In this document: positions 47,331 through 58,820 of the stretch, piece after piece | Numbering within the stretch: the stretch's first letter is position 1 | How the letters are laid out: each line of letters opens with the position of its first letter | From: Selaginella moellendorffii | Taxonomy: Eukaryota; Plantae; Lycopodiophyta | Direction: 5' to 3' | Assembly (NCBI RefSeq): GCF_000143415.4 | Contig: NW_003314277.1 | Location: forward strand, 1,516,493 to 1,580,492 | Length of the DNA stretch: 64,000 bases | Made by a program: the position numbers and the translations under genes | Notes under the pieces: model-generated | Seen by the model: only the letters and a program-made list of their open reading frames with translations | What the model was told of the DNA's origin: nothing | The model's database searches: none

Positions 47331-48027
47331 AGATCTCCTAACATAGACTGCATGTTCCCACAGGAGGCAAAGCATATTATTGTACGTTTTAATTGAAAAG
47401 CATTTAGCTCAAGCGTTACAATGTTGCTATCCAATAAGAGCACAACTCCTTAAAATGGACATTCCAACAATGGCCTAATCTTCATTATTGAGCTTAGTCC
47501 TTGTAAAAGATTGTAACCGAGCTTAGTCTTTGTGCTGTGGGTTCCTTGTAAAAGATTGTAATTAGAAGTTCTATGAGCTAAAAGAGTGATGGAATCACAA
47601 GGAATTCAATCACGGTGGCGTTCTTCAGGCCACTTTAGCACACGACAATGACATCCTCAATGTTAACAATCCACCTTGCGTGTACTAGTGCTCCACGATC
47701 GGGCAAGTCTCCGCATAGGTTCATCATTTGGCGAGGAGCCCCACGTAGCTACATGTTATAACTTATGTCTAGCATTCTTGAGGCCAGTTTCGTCATACTA
47801 GATGGTACATCCTGACAAAGAACTTTTCTAATTTCGGAAGTGAATGTGATCTAGTCGGGAAGCCATTCCTTCCAAGACCATGTCCTGGTAGAGGATCAAA
47901 TTAAAGCGTGGAAGAATTTCCCAGTGAGAGCGTAGGCCTAGCAGTCCATGCGACAATGTTGTGGCACTCGGGCATTTGATCGAACATTGCCCGTGCCATG
48001 TGTGTGTCGTTTTGAGTGTAGAACTCA

Positions 48028-48297
48028 TGCTTTTCCACGGTATGTATGGTTCTTCTCGTGCTCATTTTGCTTATACTCTTGTCCAGATTGCTTCATTCCT
48101 CATAAATGTATTTTCCAAGATAAATGGAGGCCTGTAGTTCATCAACATCCAAGGCGTGGAGTGACCACAATGCAACTTGTGATGAGATGAGTTTGTGACC
48201 TGGTACACTTTTGTGTTATGCCATCTGCTCTTTGGAAACTTTTGAGAAAGCTTGCTCTCAGCTGATTGAGTTTGAGCTCGGTCAAGGCTCTCACAAG
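48028..48297. repeat. About 270-bp dispersed duplication, copy 2
   Basis: Matches 44778-45060 with small indels. Confidence 0.9.
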
Positions 48298-48729
48298 ATT
48301 GGACAATAGTGTGAAAGACAGAAGATGGCCATACTTTTGGCACCCAAAACCATGTGTTTGACGACAAGCTTAACTTTCTAGTTGCACCAAGATCACCACC
48401 AATTCCACGAGGTGTGACTTGTTTATGTTTCCGCAGACAGGATCCATCGCCACCTTGAGGAAGCTCGTGAAGTTGATCGTCGAGATTACCCCAGACTGCA
48501 ATTGTCCAGAGCCTGAAATGGCTTGGTTGATTCTGGGCTGGAAACGCTTTGGAAGCGATTATGTTGGAAAGGTATCGATTCGGCCAATAGCTGCTCTCCA
48601 GGATCCGCGTGGATCCTCCAAATCTCTGGCCTCGCAGCCCCTGGATGTTGTCCACGTGGATAGTTAGAAAAATCTTCCTTTGCATTCAAATCTAATGAGA
48701 GGTGCTGAAACTATATTTTATTATCTCCC

Positions 48730-48925
48730 AGTGTTCATGGCTTTGTGGTTGTAGCATGGATGCTGTAATGTTCTATTGTGTAGGGTTGCTGGGTTCAATT
48801 CCCATCTGCCTCAACTTTCAATTAAGATTAATATGGTATTAGGGTTGCCCCCTAAACATCAACACTATTTTATTATTTTTTGCCCCCTAAACGTGAATAC
48901 TATTTTATTATTTTATTATTAAATT
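48730..48925 (+). mobile_element. Candidate tRNA-derived SINE relic
   Basis: A-box-like TGGCTTTGTGG, B-box-like GGGTTCAATTCCC, duplicated TGCCCCCTAAAC unit and TTTTATTA tail. Confidence 0.35.
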
Positions 48926-49269
48926 AACTGTGTTGAGTTAAGTACCATCTCCACTGTAGTCATGCAATCAAATTTTGTGGAAGGGAAGATATATATTTGA
49001 TTTGCTCCAGCAGCACATAAACAGCACAAACATGCCATTGAGCTTACCAATTCAATCATATATACCAAATTCTCATCAGTTGTCACTTCAGCATAATCGA
49101 TCAATCACACACAATGTTGTGCCATTGAATTCTCGATGACCCTGCCAGCATATGCAAACCTTCCTCACCATTTGAACAAGAAAGACGCTAGACAACAAGC
49201 TAGAAATAGTGAATGAGAATGAACTTTTAAACGCAGTTTATATTAGTGGTAAACCGGGTCGCAGTCGCT

Positions 49270-49410
49270 ACCATGGCGCGCTCTGCCATCTGGAAGCATG
49301 GACGCTGGACGAGTTGATGGAATGTAGGGACTCTGGGCTTCACGGATGCCTAGCTTGCACACCGTTTCTTCTACTGCGGTGGAGAAGTTTTGGACAGCGG
49401 GAAAGCCTAT
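49270..49410 (+). pseudogene. Second Crinkler-like fragment
   Basis: CHLEAWTLDELMECR followed by frameshifted AVEKFWTAG, resembling the CR-NTPase WxxxEL and F...GG motifs. Confidence 0.4.
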
Positions 49411-49612
49411 CGAGAACCTGAAAAGTATCATGGAGTCCCGGGCTCCAACAAGTTGGGAGGAAATGCGGAGGATCTCGTGATAACCAACTGTCTTCGCCAT
49501 TATCATCTCCAAAGGGAGCCCGATTGCAGTATAAAATTTGGATCCGGTAGAGAATGGGATTTCATTATAGAGATCGGTGAAGAAGTTCGATATTTGCTTA
49601 CTTCACAAGGTC

Positions 49613-49684
49613 GGGCATTTGGTCTAGTGGTATGATTCTCGCTTTGGGTGCGAGAGGTCGCGAGTTCGATTCTCGCAATGCCCC
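49613..49684 (+). tRNA. trnP: tRNA-Pro(UGG)
   Basis: 72 nt; GGGCATT/AATGCCC acceptor stem, CTCGC-TTTGGGT-GCGAG anticodon arm, TTCGATT loop, T-run terminator about 12 nt downstream. Confidence 0.97.
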
Positions 49685-49716
49685 GGCAATTCTTGTTTTT
49701 TCTCTTTTTGTTTTGT

Positions 49717-51639
49717 TCAAGTCTCCATTTCTTTTGCGCCAAGCGAATATATGTTGGTGATTAGCACGTAAGCTTCAGTGCCTTGTGGATCTAGATCAAT
49801 CAAATTCTCAGCTGCTAGTTTTCCCAGCTCAACACTAAACTGGCTTCTACAGGCTCCCAGGAAGCACGTCCAGTCCAGAGCATCTGGCACAAAAGGCATA
49901 TTCGCCACAAGATCCTCGGCATCTCTCAGGCGATTGGCCCTTCCCAGAGCATCAACCACGCACAAGTAGTGAGGCTTTGCAGGAAAAATGCCAAAGTCCG
50001 AGACCATTGACCGGAAAACGCATCCTGCGGAATATACCCCTCCCATGTGGCTGCATGCGACGAGGACCGGAACGAACCAAGCCTGCTCGCAAGCCTCTGC
50101 GGTGTTTCCCTGATTGAAAGTTTGTAGAGTTTCACTGGCATGGCCATTGTATGCATAGATCGCTAGCATTGTGTTCCAGGAGACCGGGTCTCGCTCTGGA
50201 AAGGAATCGAACAGCCGACGTGCCAGGGAAACGCTGGGCATTGCGGAGAGCATCGAGTTCCAAGATGCCAAAGTCCTGTGTGGCATCTTGTCAAAGAGTG
50301 CTTTAGATTCCTGGATATACCTTTGTCTGGCATATGCTGTAAGGAGTATGTTTGAGGCTAATGAGTTGTGCTCTGGCATAGCGTCGAAAAGATTCCTTAC
50401 CATTTGCGCATCACTCGCTTGCGAATATCCGGATAACAAAGTTGACCACGAAACTATATTCTTCTGGGGCATATTCTCAAACACAAACTGTGCTAAAGAC
50501 ATATGCCCATTTCGGATATATGCTGCAATATTCGAGTTAAGCGAGAAGAGGTCGTGTCTAGGCATTAAGTTGAAAAAGCTCTGAGCTTCAATTAAACTGG
50601 TACAAGCCTCAGAAATCATTGCAAACATAATATTCCAGGAGACAACATTTTTCTGTGGCATTTCAGCAAATACTCTCTTAGCTTCTGGCATTTTCCCAGA
50701 TGTGCTATATGCCAATAGCAAAGCAGTCCACGAAAAAATATCCCATTCTTTCATTTTATAAAAAAGAATCTTTGCTTTCTCTACACAGCCGTTGTGAGCG
50801 TAAGCGGAAAGCATTGCATTGAGTGATACCAGATTCCATTGAGGCATTTGAAGATGTATAGTTTGCGCAAGCTCTAAATGCCCGCTTTGGGCATATGCAG
50901 TAAGCATAATTGTCTGGCATGCTATGTCCCTCTCGGGCATAGAATCGAATATCCTCTTCGTTCTCTCCAGGTTTCCACGGCGGGCATACAATTCCAGCAC
51001 AGAACTCCACGAGAACAGATCGCGCAGCTCCATCGCCCGGAAGAACATCTCTGCGTTCCTCTCATCGCCCAATGCCGCGTACGCCGCGAGCATCACATTC
51101 TCCGCCACGAGATTGTGCTCGGGCATGGAATCGAAGAGCTGTTTGGCGTCAAAGAATTGATTGCGCTGCTGGGCGATGGCTGCGAGGAGCGACGTCCACG
51201 AGACGAGATCCAAATGTGGCATCCGAGAGACGAATAGCATCTGGGCGTCGTCGATCCGTCCGGCGCGGGCAAATGCCGCGAGCATCGACGAGCAGCTGAC
51301 GAGATCGTGCTGGGGCATCCGATCGAAGGCGTGCGCAGCCTCAGCGATATGCCCGTTTCGGGCATACGCGCCGAGCAATGCCGTCCAGGACACCACGTCC
51401 GGGGCACCGATCCGGTCGAAGATATTGCGCGCGTGGGCGATGCTCCCACACGCCCCGTAGAGCCCGATGAGCTTGTTGGAGATGAAAGCATCCCGGGCGA
51501 GAAGAGGATCTTCCTTGATCTGGCGATCGATTTCCCTGGCAGTGGGAAGATCTTTGCAAGATTGTATGAAGCCGAGCGCTTGTTTCCTGTCCATCTTAGG
51601 GTTTATCGTGAGGAGCGGGAAAACGAATCTTCTTAGCAT
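49717..51639 (-). CDS. PLS-class PPR protein with E domain, intronless
   Basis: Tandem [16 protein letters not shown]-type repeats, [27 protein letters not shown]. Confidence 0.92.
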   Translation of the reverse strand: MLRRFVFPLLTINPKMDRKQALGFIQSCKDLPTAREIDRQIKEDPLLARDAFISNKLIGLYGACGSIAHARNIFDRIGAPDVVSWTALLGAYARNGHIAEAAHAFDRMPQHDLVSCSSMLAAFARAGRIDDAQMLFVSRMPHLDLVSWTSLLAAIAQQRNQFFDAKQLFDSMPEHNLVAENVMLAAYAALGDERNAEMFFRAMELRDLFSWSSVLELYARRGNLERTKRIFDSMPERDIACQTIMLTAYAQSGHLELAQTIHLQMPQWNLVSLNAMLSAYAHNGCVEKAKILFYKMKEWDIFSWTALLLAYSTSGKMPEAKRVFAEMPQKNVVSWNIMFAMISEACTSLIEAQSFFNLMPRHDLFSLNSNIAAYIRNGHMSLAQFVFENMPQKNIVSWSTLLSGYSQASDAQMVRNLFDAMPEHNSLASNILLTAYARQRYIQESKALFDKMPHRTLASWNSMLSAMPSVSLARRLFDSFPERDPVSWNTMLAIYAYNGHASETLQTFNQGNTAEACEQAWFVPVLVACSHMGGVYSAGCVFRSMVSDFGIFPAKPHYLCVVDALGRANRLRDAEDLVANMPFVPDALDWTCFLGACRSQFSVELGKLAAENLIDLDPQGTEAYVLITNIYSLGAKEMET

Positions 51640-51763
51640 AATTTTGAAATAAATCCAACGGTCTAGATTTGTTTGAATACTACCGTCAAAATCTAGTAAA
51701 CAAGTGGAAAGCGAGGAAGATATTTGAGGATACTTTCAGGCTTTCGTCTCTCTCGTTCTGGCG

Positions 51764-53520
51764 ATGGTGCTCACTGGATCGAAATGGTCGCCATCGCCAA
51801 TGCTGTGGGAGCTCCAGCAGCGCAAGCTCGTCTCTCCCGCCTCGAGGTAAAATGTTCTCTGGATTTCTGACCGATTTTCAGTGGATTGGGATTTTAGGCA
51901 GTGCAAAGCCGCGGCTAGCAAGCAAGAACACACTGGAAGCGGCACAAATCAGCAAGATTACTATGAAATTCTCGGTGTTCTTCCGGGTTCCAGCATGGAA
52001 GCCATCCGCAAGGCGTATAGAAAGCTCCAGAAGCAACATCATCCAGACATTTCGGGATCAAAGGTAAAAGAAGACTAGAAACCTCATGGATGATTTTCTT
52101 AGTTTCTTTCTTGTCCAGGGCCACGCAATGACTCTCATGCTAAACGAGGCCTACCAAGTTCTAAGCGATGAACGTTTGCGTTCCAAGTATGATGCTTCGC
52201 AGCCTCACTTGGCATCAACTAGAACGATGAATTACTACTACTCCAAGCCTTCGTTTACTGGATCCATGTATAGTACCTGGAATGGACCGGACAGGCCACA
52301 AGGCATCTTTGTTGACGAGAACGTGTGCATAGGTAAAGAACAAAAGCCTTTCTCTTCATTTTCACTATTTTATCTTTTATCTATTTTGGAAAATAACAGG
52401 CTGCCGAGAATGCGCGTTTGCAGCAAAAAATACTTTTCTTTTCGATGAATCCACTGGTTGTGCCCGTGTCAAAGCACAATGGGGTGATTCGGACGAGACT
52501 GTCAAAGTAAGTGAAACTTATCTTCTTCTTTTCTTAAAGCTTGGTTTTTCTTTTTCGTCTTTTTTTTTTTTTTTTTTGCAAAAGGTGGCGATACAAACTT
52601 GCCCAGTGAATTGTATTCACTGGGTCGAGCGATCTGATCTATCTATCTATGAATATTTGATTCGTCCACAGCCGAGGCCTAGCAATGGAGTATACGGCGG
52701 TGGATGGGAGAGGCCCTCCAACATCTTCATGGCTGCAAAGGCTTTCAAGCACCAGCACCACAAATCACAGCAGCAGGATAAAGGTTTGCACAGTTCTTAC
52801 AAAGTTTTCTTCTAGTTTCTTCTCACTGATCAGTTCACTGCTATTCTAGATTCAAGCTTGAATATGTCCGAGACTCCAGCACAAAGAAAAGCTCGGATGG
52901 ACGCAGATTTAAAGCTGAAAATGGGACCGTTCTGGAGCATGTTTGCATGGATGAATGGCAACGCTTCGTCCGGGACAAGGCGTTCCAACGCTGCTGGAAG
53001 CGTAAAGTCCGAAAGGAGGAGACCCCTGTTTGGGAAAGCTTGCACCTCCGAGATTTTCAGCCATCGCATTGCACTGGCAGATAAAGCAAAGGTAAGTTTC
53101 TGGTTTTTCTTCTCTAGATTCCATAGTAACTTTCCTTGGCAGACTGTTGCTATGATTCAAGAGTGGGCCATCAACTTTGCATCGTCCAGCGAGCTTCCCT
53201 TGCCGATGCCTTTCCAAGCGGACTCGAACGAAAATGGCGTGCAACTCAAGCTAATCTCCACTGGCGATGGAGTCTTAAAGTCGATCGGTTCTTTCCTAGT
53301 GACCTGCGAGATTCAAGAGCCAGTAAGTACTCCTCAAGAACAAGAAGAACAAGGAGGAAGCGATCAGTCACAACCCGAGTGCTTCGTTTGCATCACTCGG
53401 CTTGGTTCCACGACAACAGGCCCACTCCCCGGTGAATCCAGGATCGTCAAACTTGTAAGAGATTTACTGCTCCAGCGAGATTCTTCGTATGCTTCTTATC
53501 GCATTCCTCGCTCTGTCTAA
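51764..53520 (+). CDS. Plastid DnaJ protein with 4Fe-4S ferredoxin domain (DJC76/77/82-like), multi-exon
   Basis: DYYEILG, AYRKLQKQHHPD, LNEAYQVLSD, FVDENVCIG|CREC, CPVNCIHW. Confidence 0.9.
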
Positions 53521-53721
53521 AACGAAGGATCTAGCAACCGTGTATATAAGCCAACAAGATTAAGTTGCAACAAAATTAAATTTGGACTACATAAATTTTA
53601 AAGACGCTCGTCCGCGTGACAGGACCACTATACTACAACGACAATGACTTGATGCTATTTTTCCATTAGGGTAAAATTTTAACCTTTAAAAGGCCTTACA
53701 AGTTTAGGGCTTTTGACAAGA

Positions 53722-54780
53722 ATGATCATCGATGGATCAACACTGGAGGGCGGCGGCCAGATCCTTCGCAACTGCGTCGCCTTTGCGGCCATTCTCAACA
53801 TTCCACTCCACATTACCAACATCCGAGGTAACAGGGCCAAGCCGGGCCTCCAGCGGCAGCACTTGGCCGGCCTGAAGCTCGCAGTGGAGCTGTGCAATGC
53901 GCGAGCCACGGGGCTGGAGCGAGACTCCACTCAAGTGACCATCGTCCCCGGCAGCGAGATCAAACACGGCCAGTTCACGGCGGACGTAGAGAGCGCGGGG
54001 GCTTGCACGCTGCTCGCTCAGATCAGTCTCCCCATCGCCCTCTTTGGATCCGGCAGCTCCACCTTCGTCCTCAAGGGTGGCACCAACGTCCCATTCTCGC
54101 CACCTTTCGAGTACCTCAAGCGCGTCTTCCTGCCAGCCCTAGCGAGGTTTGGCATCCCCGAGGGCGCCGTGGAGGTGTGCGAGGAGAGGCAGGGGTTCAT
54201 GCCGGGTGGTGGTGGTGAAGTTAGGGTTAGGATTGAGCCCCTGACGAGGCCACTGGTGGGTGCGTGCCTGGACGAGCGCGGGGACGTCACGAAGTGTACG
54301 GCGTACGTGTCCGGGGCGTGTACGGCCGCGTTCGAGGCCGAGGTGGCGAAGGAGATACAGGACTGCCGGAAGTTGGCGGTGGCGATGGAGAGCGAGTTTA
54401 GGGTCAGGAGAGTGGATCGCGAAAGCAAGTGCCAAATGCAGGTGGTGCTTGTGGCAGAGACGAGCAATGGGCACCGGATTGGAGCGTCGGCGCTGACGGG
54501 CGGGAAGCGGAGCTCCGGGAAGGGACTGGTGGCGGCGGCGGTGGTGAAGATGGTGAAGCAGCTCGAAGGGGAGGTCTGTGTGGACGAGTATCTGCAGGAT
54601 CAAGTGGTGATCTTCATGGCGCTGGCGAGAGGGAGGTCGAAGATGAAGTGTGGAGAGATTACGCTCCACACGAGGACGGCCATCCATTTTGCAAGCCTTT
54701 TGAGTAGGGCGGTGTTTGAGATCCAAGAACTTGGAGGAGGAACCAACATAGTCTCTTGCGATGGCATATCATGTTTATAA
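53722..54780 (+). CDS. RTCA: RNA 3'-terminal phosphate cyclase (class I, RtcA/RTCA type), intronless
   Basis: IDGSTLEGGGQILR, IRGNRAKPGLQRQH, GGTNV, GFMPGGGGEV, VDEYLQDQ, catalytic His in ITLHTRT. Confidence 0.85.
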   Translation: MIIDGSTLEGGGQILRNCVAFAAILNIPLHITNIRGNRAKPGLQRQHLAGLKLAVELCNARATGLERDSTQVTIVPGSEIKHGQFTADVESAGACTLLAQISLPIALFGSGSSTFVLKGGTNVPFSPPFEYLKRVFLPALARFGIPEGAVEVCEERQGFMPGGGGEVRVRIEPLTRPLVGACLDERGDVTKCTAYVSGACTAAFEAEVAKEIQDCRKLAVAMESEFRVRRVDRESKCQMQVVLVAETSNGHRIGASALTGGKRSSGKGLVAAAVVKMVKQLEGEVCVDEYLQDQVVIFMALARGRSKMKCGEITLHTRTAIHFASLLSRAVFEIQELGGGTNIVSCDGISCL

Positions 54781-54817
54781 ATAACCAACCCTCTTTTTAG
54801 ATTTTCCATGCACATAG

Positions 54818-55570
54818 GGCTGTAGAGCGAGGACATTGGGCGGCTTGCCGTGGTATGCCGATCAACGAGATCTGGAAGGATTCATCCGGTTTGGAGATAT
54901 CACCAGCGCCAAGGTAAAGATTCATTGCCTTTTTGCTTTGAAATTCTCTTCTTTTCTCCATTAGATAATGTATGACGAGAGAAACGTCCCAATGGGCTAT
55001 GGCCTCGTCACCTTTAGCAGCGAGAGAGGCATGCGCAAGGCCATTGAGAAGATGAACGGCAAGCCGTTGCCGGACACGGGCCCTGAGCGCCACCCGCTAG
55101 ACGTGTTTGAAGCAAAGCCAGGGAGGGACTCTTGGAGCTGGGACATGCGAGAGTGCGGGAGGTGTGGACTGCCCGGGCACAGCAAAAGGGATTGCAACAC
55201 CATTCCTCCTACCGATCCAAAGCATGTCTTTGCGGGAGAGCTCGAGAGCGACCCATTTAATCCTGAGGTGAGTTAAAAGTTTGTAATTTCTCCCCTTTTG
55301 TGACTGAAAGTTTGTAATCTCAAGGGAATGGAGTACATGCTCACCCGTGAGGACTGGCCATGGGAGCCTCCATCGCCTGCTTACAGCCAGAGAGAATGGC
55401 GGCAGGTGAGGAGAAGGTATTGGAGGATGAAGGTCCCTGTGGATCCAAAGCGACTCCAGGAGAGCGTTTTGAGAGCCTTTTCTATCTTACCGCCTGAGGA
55501 GTACTTCCACGATGATACGCTAAGATCTGATGGCTCTTGCCGTGAGGTCCCCAGGATTATCAGGCCATAA
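54818..55570 (+). CDS. RRM plus CCHC zinc-knuckle RNA-binding protein (5' end unclear, possibly a pseudogene)
   Basis: RNP2-like LGGLPW, RNP1-like MGYGLVTF, AIEKMNG, CGRCGLPGHSKRDC; GT-AG introns near 54913 and 55268. Confidence 0.6.
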
Positions 55571-56372
55571 GAGTAAGGGACTTGGACCTTTGTTTTCCAA
55601 TAAAACAAATAGTAAATAAATGCTCCCCACGGCGCTCGTCGTCCTGGAAGAAAAGGAGAAGAACAGCTCTGAGTTCTGGCCGAAAGAAAGCTCGTCTTAG
55701 TAGTTCCTCACCTTAATGGCCGCAGGTGTAGCAGTGGCAGTGGTCTTTCTTTCTCGGTCCTGTTCTGTTGGGAAGCTCGCAGCCGAAGTATCGGTACAGC
55801 CTTCAATCCGAGGTACTGGCTGAGAAACTCAGAGCAACGTATAGTTTTGCAGCACCCGACTATCATCTGTAGAGAACTGTATCAGTAATCTTCCTAGAAA
55901 CAAACAAAGAGCTAAAGGATCCTTCCATCCTCTATCGTCGCGGAATGGTTTCGGGTGTCAATCCGGTGCTGCGAATCTTCTCCTCCTCGCGACTACGTTC
56001 TCCGCATGAAATGGTTCCACTTGGCATGGCCGAGTTCCTTTGAAACCCCAGGTTGACGAGGGCGTTTAAGCGCGGCGACGATGAGCGAGCCCGTCGTCCT
56101 CCTCACAGTATTCACGCCTCGTGAGTGACAATGAGCAAAGGCGCCAGACATCAACAAGAAGCGATGCTACAAACTTCGGCATATGCTTTTTGTGCTACGT
56201 CAAGCACAATATGCTGGCTAAATAGTCAAACGGAGTGCCGCTGTAGCACACTCGCTGCTCCACTTCCTCCATCCTATAAATGGTCTCCTCCAATTCACCA
56301 CAGAGCAGCAAAGTTTGCGAAAAGACAGAGTACACTTCGAAAGTTTCCTTTACCAGGATCAAGTCCCAGCTG

Positions 56373-56610
56373 ATGCTTCTGGCCATGTTTGTGACAATCC
56401 TCCTGGTTGGAGTGGACATCCAGCAGCCCAGCGGCAATGTAAATCTGGATGGAACTAGGACGGCGACAAGCATCCAGTGTCCCAACGGCTGGTACTGGTA
56501 TAACCATCAATGCCTCTCCGCATGAAAATGGAGTGGAAGCAAGTGTAAGACGCCGCCCGAGTGCCTGGTATTGGTATAACAACGATTGCCACCGCTGTCC
56601 ATATGGCTAG
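56373..56610 (+). pseudogene. Secreted Cys/Trp-rich repeat peptide, disrupted
   Basis: Signal-like MLLAMFVTILLVG; CPNGWYWYNHQC and frameshifted PSAWYWYNNDCHRCPYG; TATA (CTATAAAT) at about 56274. Confidence 0.45.
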
Positions 56611-58428
56611 AACTAAGTGAGTTAACTCCAGCAAAAAAGAAGTACCTTCCAGTTCCTTATTTCATTGTCCTCAAGATAATGTGCCAGCGTCTTTGGCAAT
56701 TGCACCTACTTGTTTTGAATATCAAACCTCTCATCGTGCAGCAGCAGCAACCTCGGCAGCAAAATCCTTTTCAAGCCTGGGAAAATGAAGGCTTGAACTG
56801 TAACAAGGACTTACCTTTTTTTCCAGCAGTCGAGGCCTGCAACAACAAAACTGTTCCGCTCATGCTCCAGTGCTTCAGAGTCCACGAGTTCCTTAGACAA
56901 AAACAGCGGCCTTGCAGCAACAACATGCATTGCAAGAGACGAGCCCAAGCTTTTCAGTGTTTCCGAACGCAAGCCCATCTTCAACCTCGAGCGAAACGAG
57001 CCCCGCGAGCAGAGATAAACCTTTCATAATAAATCTGTGAAAAACGAGCAAACAGTGGAATTTACAAGTACCTGATACTCATGTGCAAATACGAGGACAC
57101 GATTCCTCTTTGCGAAGACATATAGAAAGCTCTTCGAAGTCTCACATTTTCTCCCGTGATAGCGGCAACTTCCGAGACTGCGTCGCGTACACATGGTCCA
57201 GCTCCAAGCCCTACCTTGCAATGGCGCGCGGCGACGGCGATTTGTAGGAGCCTGGATTTCCTAGAATAATCGAAATCGTTCTCGGTCGATGCTTCCTCCT
57301 CATCAAGACTCTGCGCGAGCGGACGGGAGCGCCGATCAAGGATGTCAGGTGAAACGAAGGTATGCTCTCGATGAGATTGTGGAAAGGAAGGGAGAATTAT
57401 TTTTTTCTTTGGTTTTTTCTATAGAGAATGCCCGAGGAAGAAGGGTCTTGCTGCTGCGACGAAGAAATCTTCTCGTGTGGCTGCGGGAGGATTGCTTGGA
57501 CTGGCACACTTCGAGAGAGGTGCCGCGGTCATAGAGATTAACAGCGAGACTGACATGTTGCTCGAAGCGATCTCTTCCAGAGCCTTGTAAGTGATGGATG
57601 ATCTTCTTTGGCTTTAAGTTTTTCTCACTAGTTTTTCCAGGTGCTGTCAGTCGCAAAAGCGGCATCGACATTGAAAGCCGTCCAACAGTTTTCTTCCAAA
57701 CCAGCTGCTCTGGATTTGCACGATTTAGAGGTAAGGCTGCTCTCTCAATGGGAAAGTTTTTCATGTTCGGAAATTTCAAGCTTGCAAATTTGGAGAGAAT
57801 TTGATAATTGCCGAGATTCGAACACTCGACGTATTGTTAAAGAGAATTTTGGCTCTTTTTCTTCCCATTTACCTTGTCAGCAATGAGCACAGTAAAAGTC
57901 CCCAGTAAGTCCGAGCCATAGACATGGCCCATTTTCTCGCGCTTGGTTTCCAAGTAGCGCTTGTTCTCGTCAGTGAAAGTGGAGATCACTGAAATGAGTG
58001 ATCGCCAAACCATAGCCTTTCAATGCCATATACTTTGCTGGATTGTTTGTCATGAGCTTCATCATTCTAACACCCATGTCCCTTAGAATCTGTAAAACGA
58101 AAGTTCAATCAGTTGCAACGTTATCAAGTGTTTGATCCATTACCTGTGCTCCAATTTTATACACCTGCAAAGCCTGCTTCCACAATGTTACAGCCCTCAT
58201 CCTCTTTCTCAATTTGCATCATCATGATTTCGAGCTGGTTGTGCAGTCGCATCTCTCAGCACTGAAAACGTCCCCATTGCCCTAGAAGAATTTTTTAAGT
58301 TGAGTGTATGGAAAAGAGTGTTTTTCATGGTACTAAAGTGGGGCACCACACCATTTAAGTTGGGAGCACTGTTATCAATTTCCTTTCTGGGAGCTTCTTT
58401 AGCATTTCTCAAGCCTATGCTCATTCCT

Positions 58429-58494
58429 ACCCAATGTTATTCACCCTTAATTTCAATCCCAACCCAATGTTATTCACCCTTAATTTCAATCCCA
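58429..58494. repeat. Perfect 33-bp tandem duplication
   Basis: ACCCAATGTTATTCACCCTTAATTTCAATCCCA twice. Confidence 0.9.
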
Positions 58495-58677
58495 ACTCGA
58501 TTTTAAAATATAATTGGAAAAGTTTCTAATACTAGGTCTTTAGCTTCACTATCTTTATTATACTTTTGGAACTTTTTGCATCCTTCCCTTTTAGAAGGAT
58601 GATCACTTTGAGCTTTTAACCCATAACCTATATTAGTACTTGTATTCAGCATTGGTTTTAGAATTCAGTAAAAAAGC

Positions 58678-58820
58678 TTAGTCTCAAACTTAATCTTAAA
58701 TCTTGGATTTGATTTTAGACTTTAGACTCAACTTAGATTTGAATTTGGACTTGATTTTGGATATAGTCTTGAATTCAATTTTGGACACAATCTTAAACTC
58801 AGTTTTGGACTTGGTTTTAT
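58678..58820. repeat. Degenerate hexamer array (TTRGAY/TTGAAT)
   Basis: 6-bp periodicity giving LDLNLDL or KSKSKS reading frames. Confidence 0.6.

Noticed and set aside
58429-58820. Repeats as a CRISPR-like array
   Set aside because: Direct tandem copies with no unique spacers, no cas genes, and a eukaryotic context.
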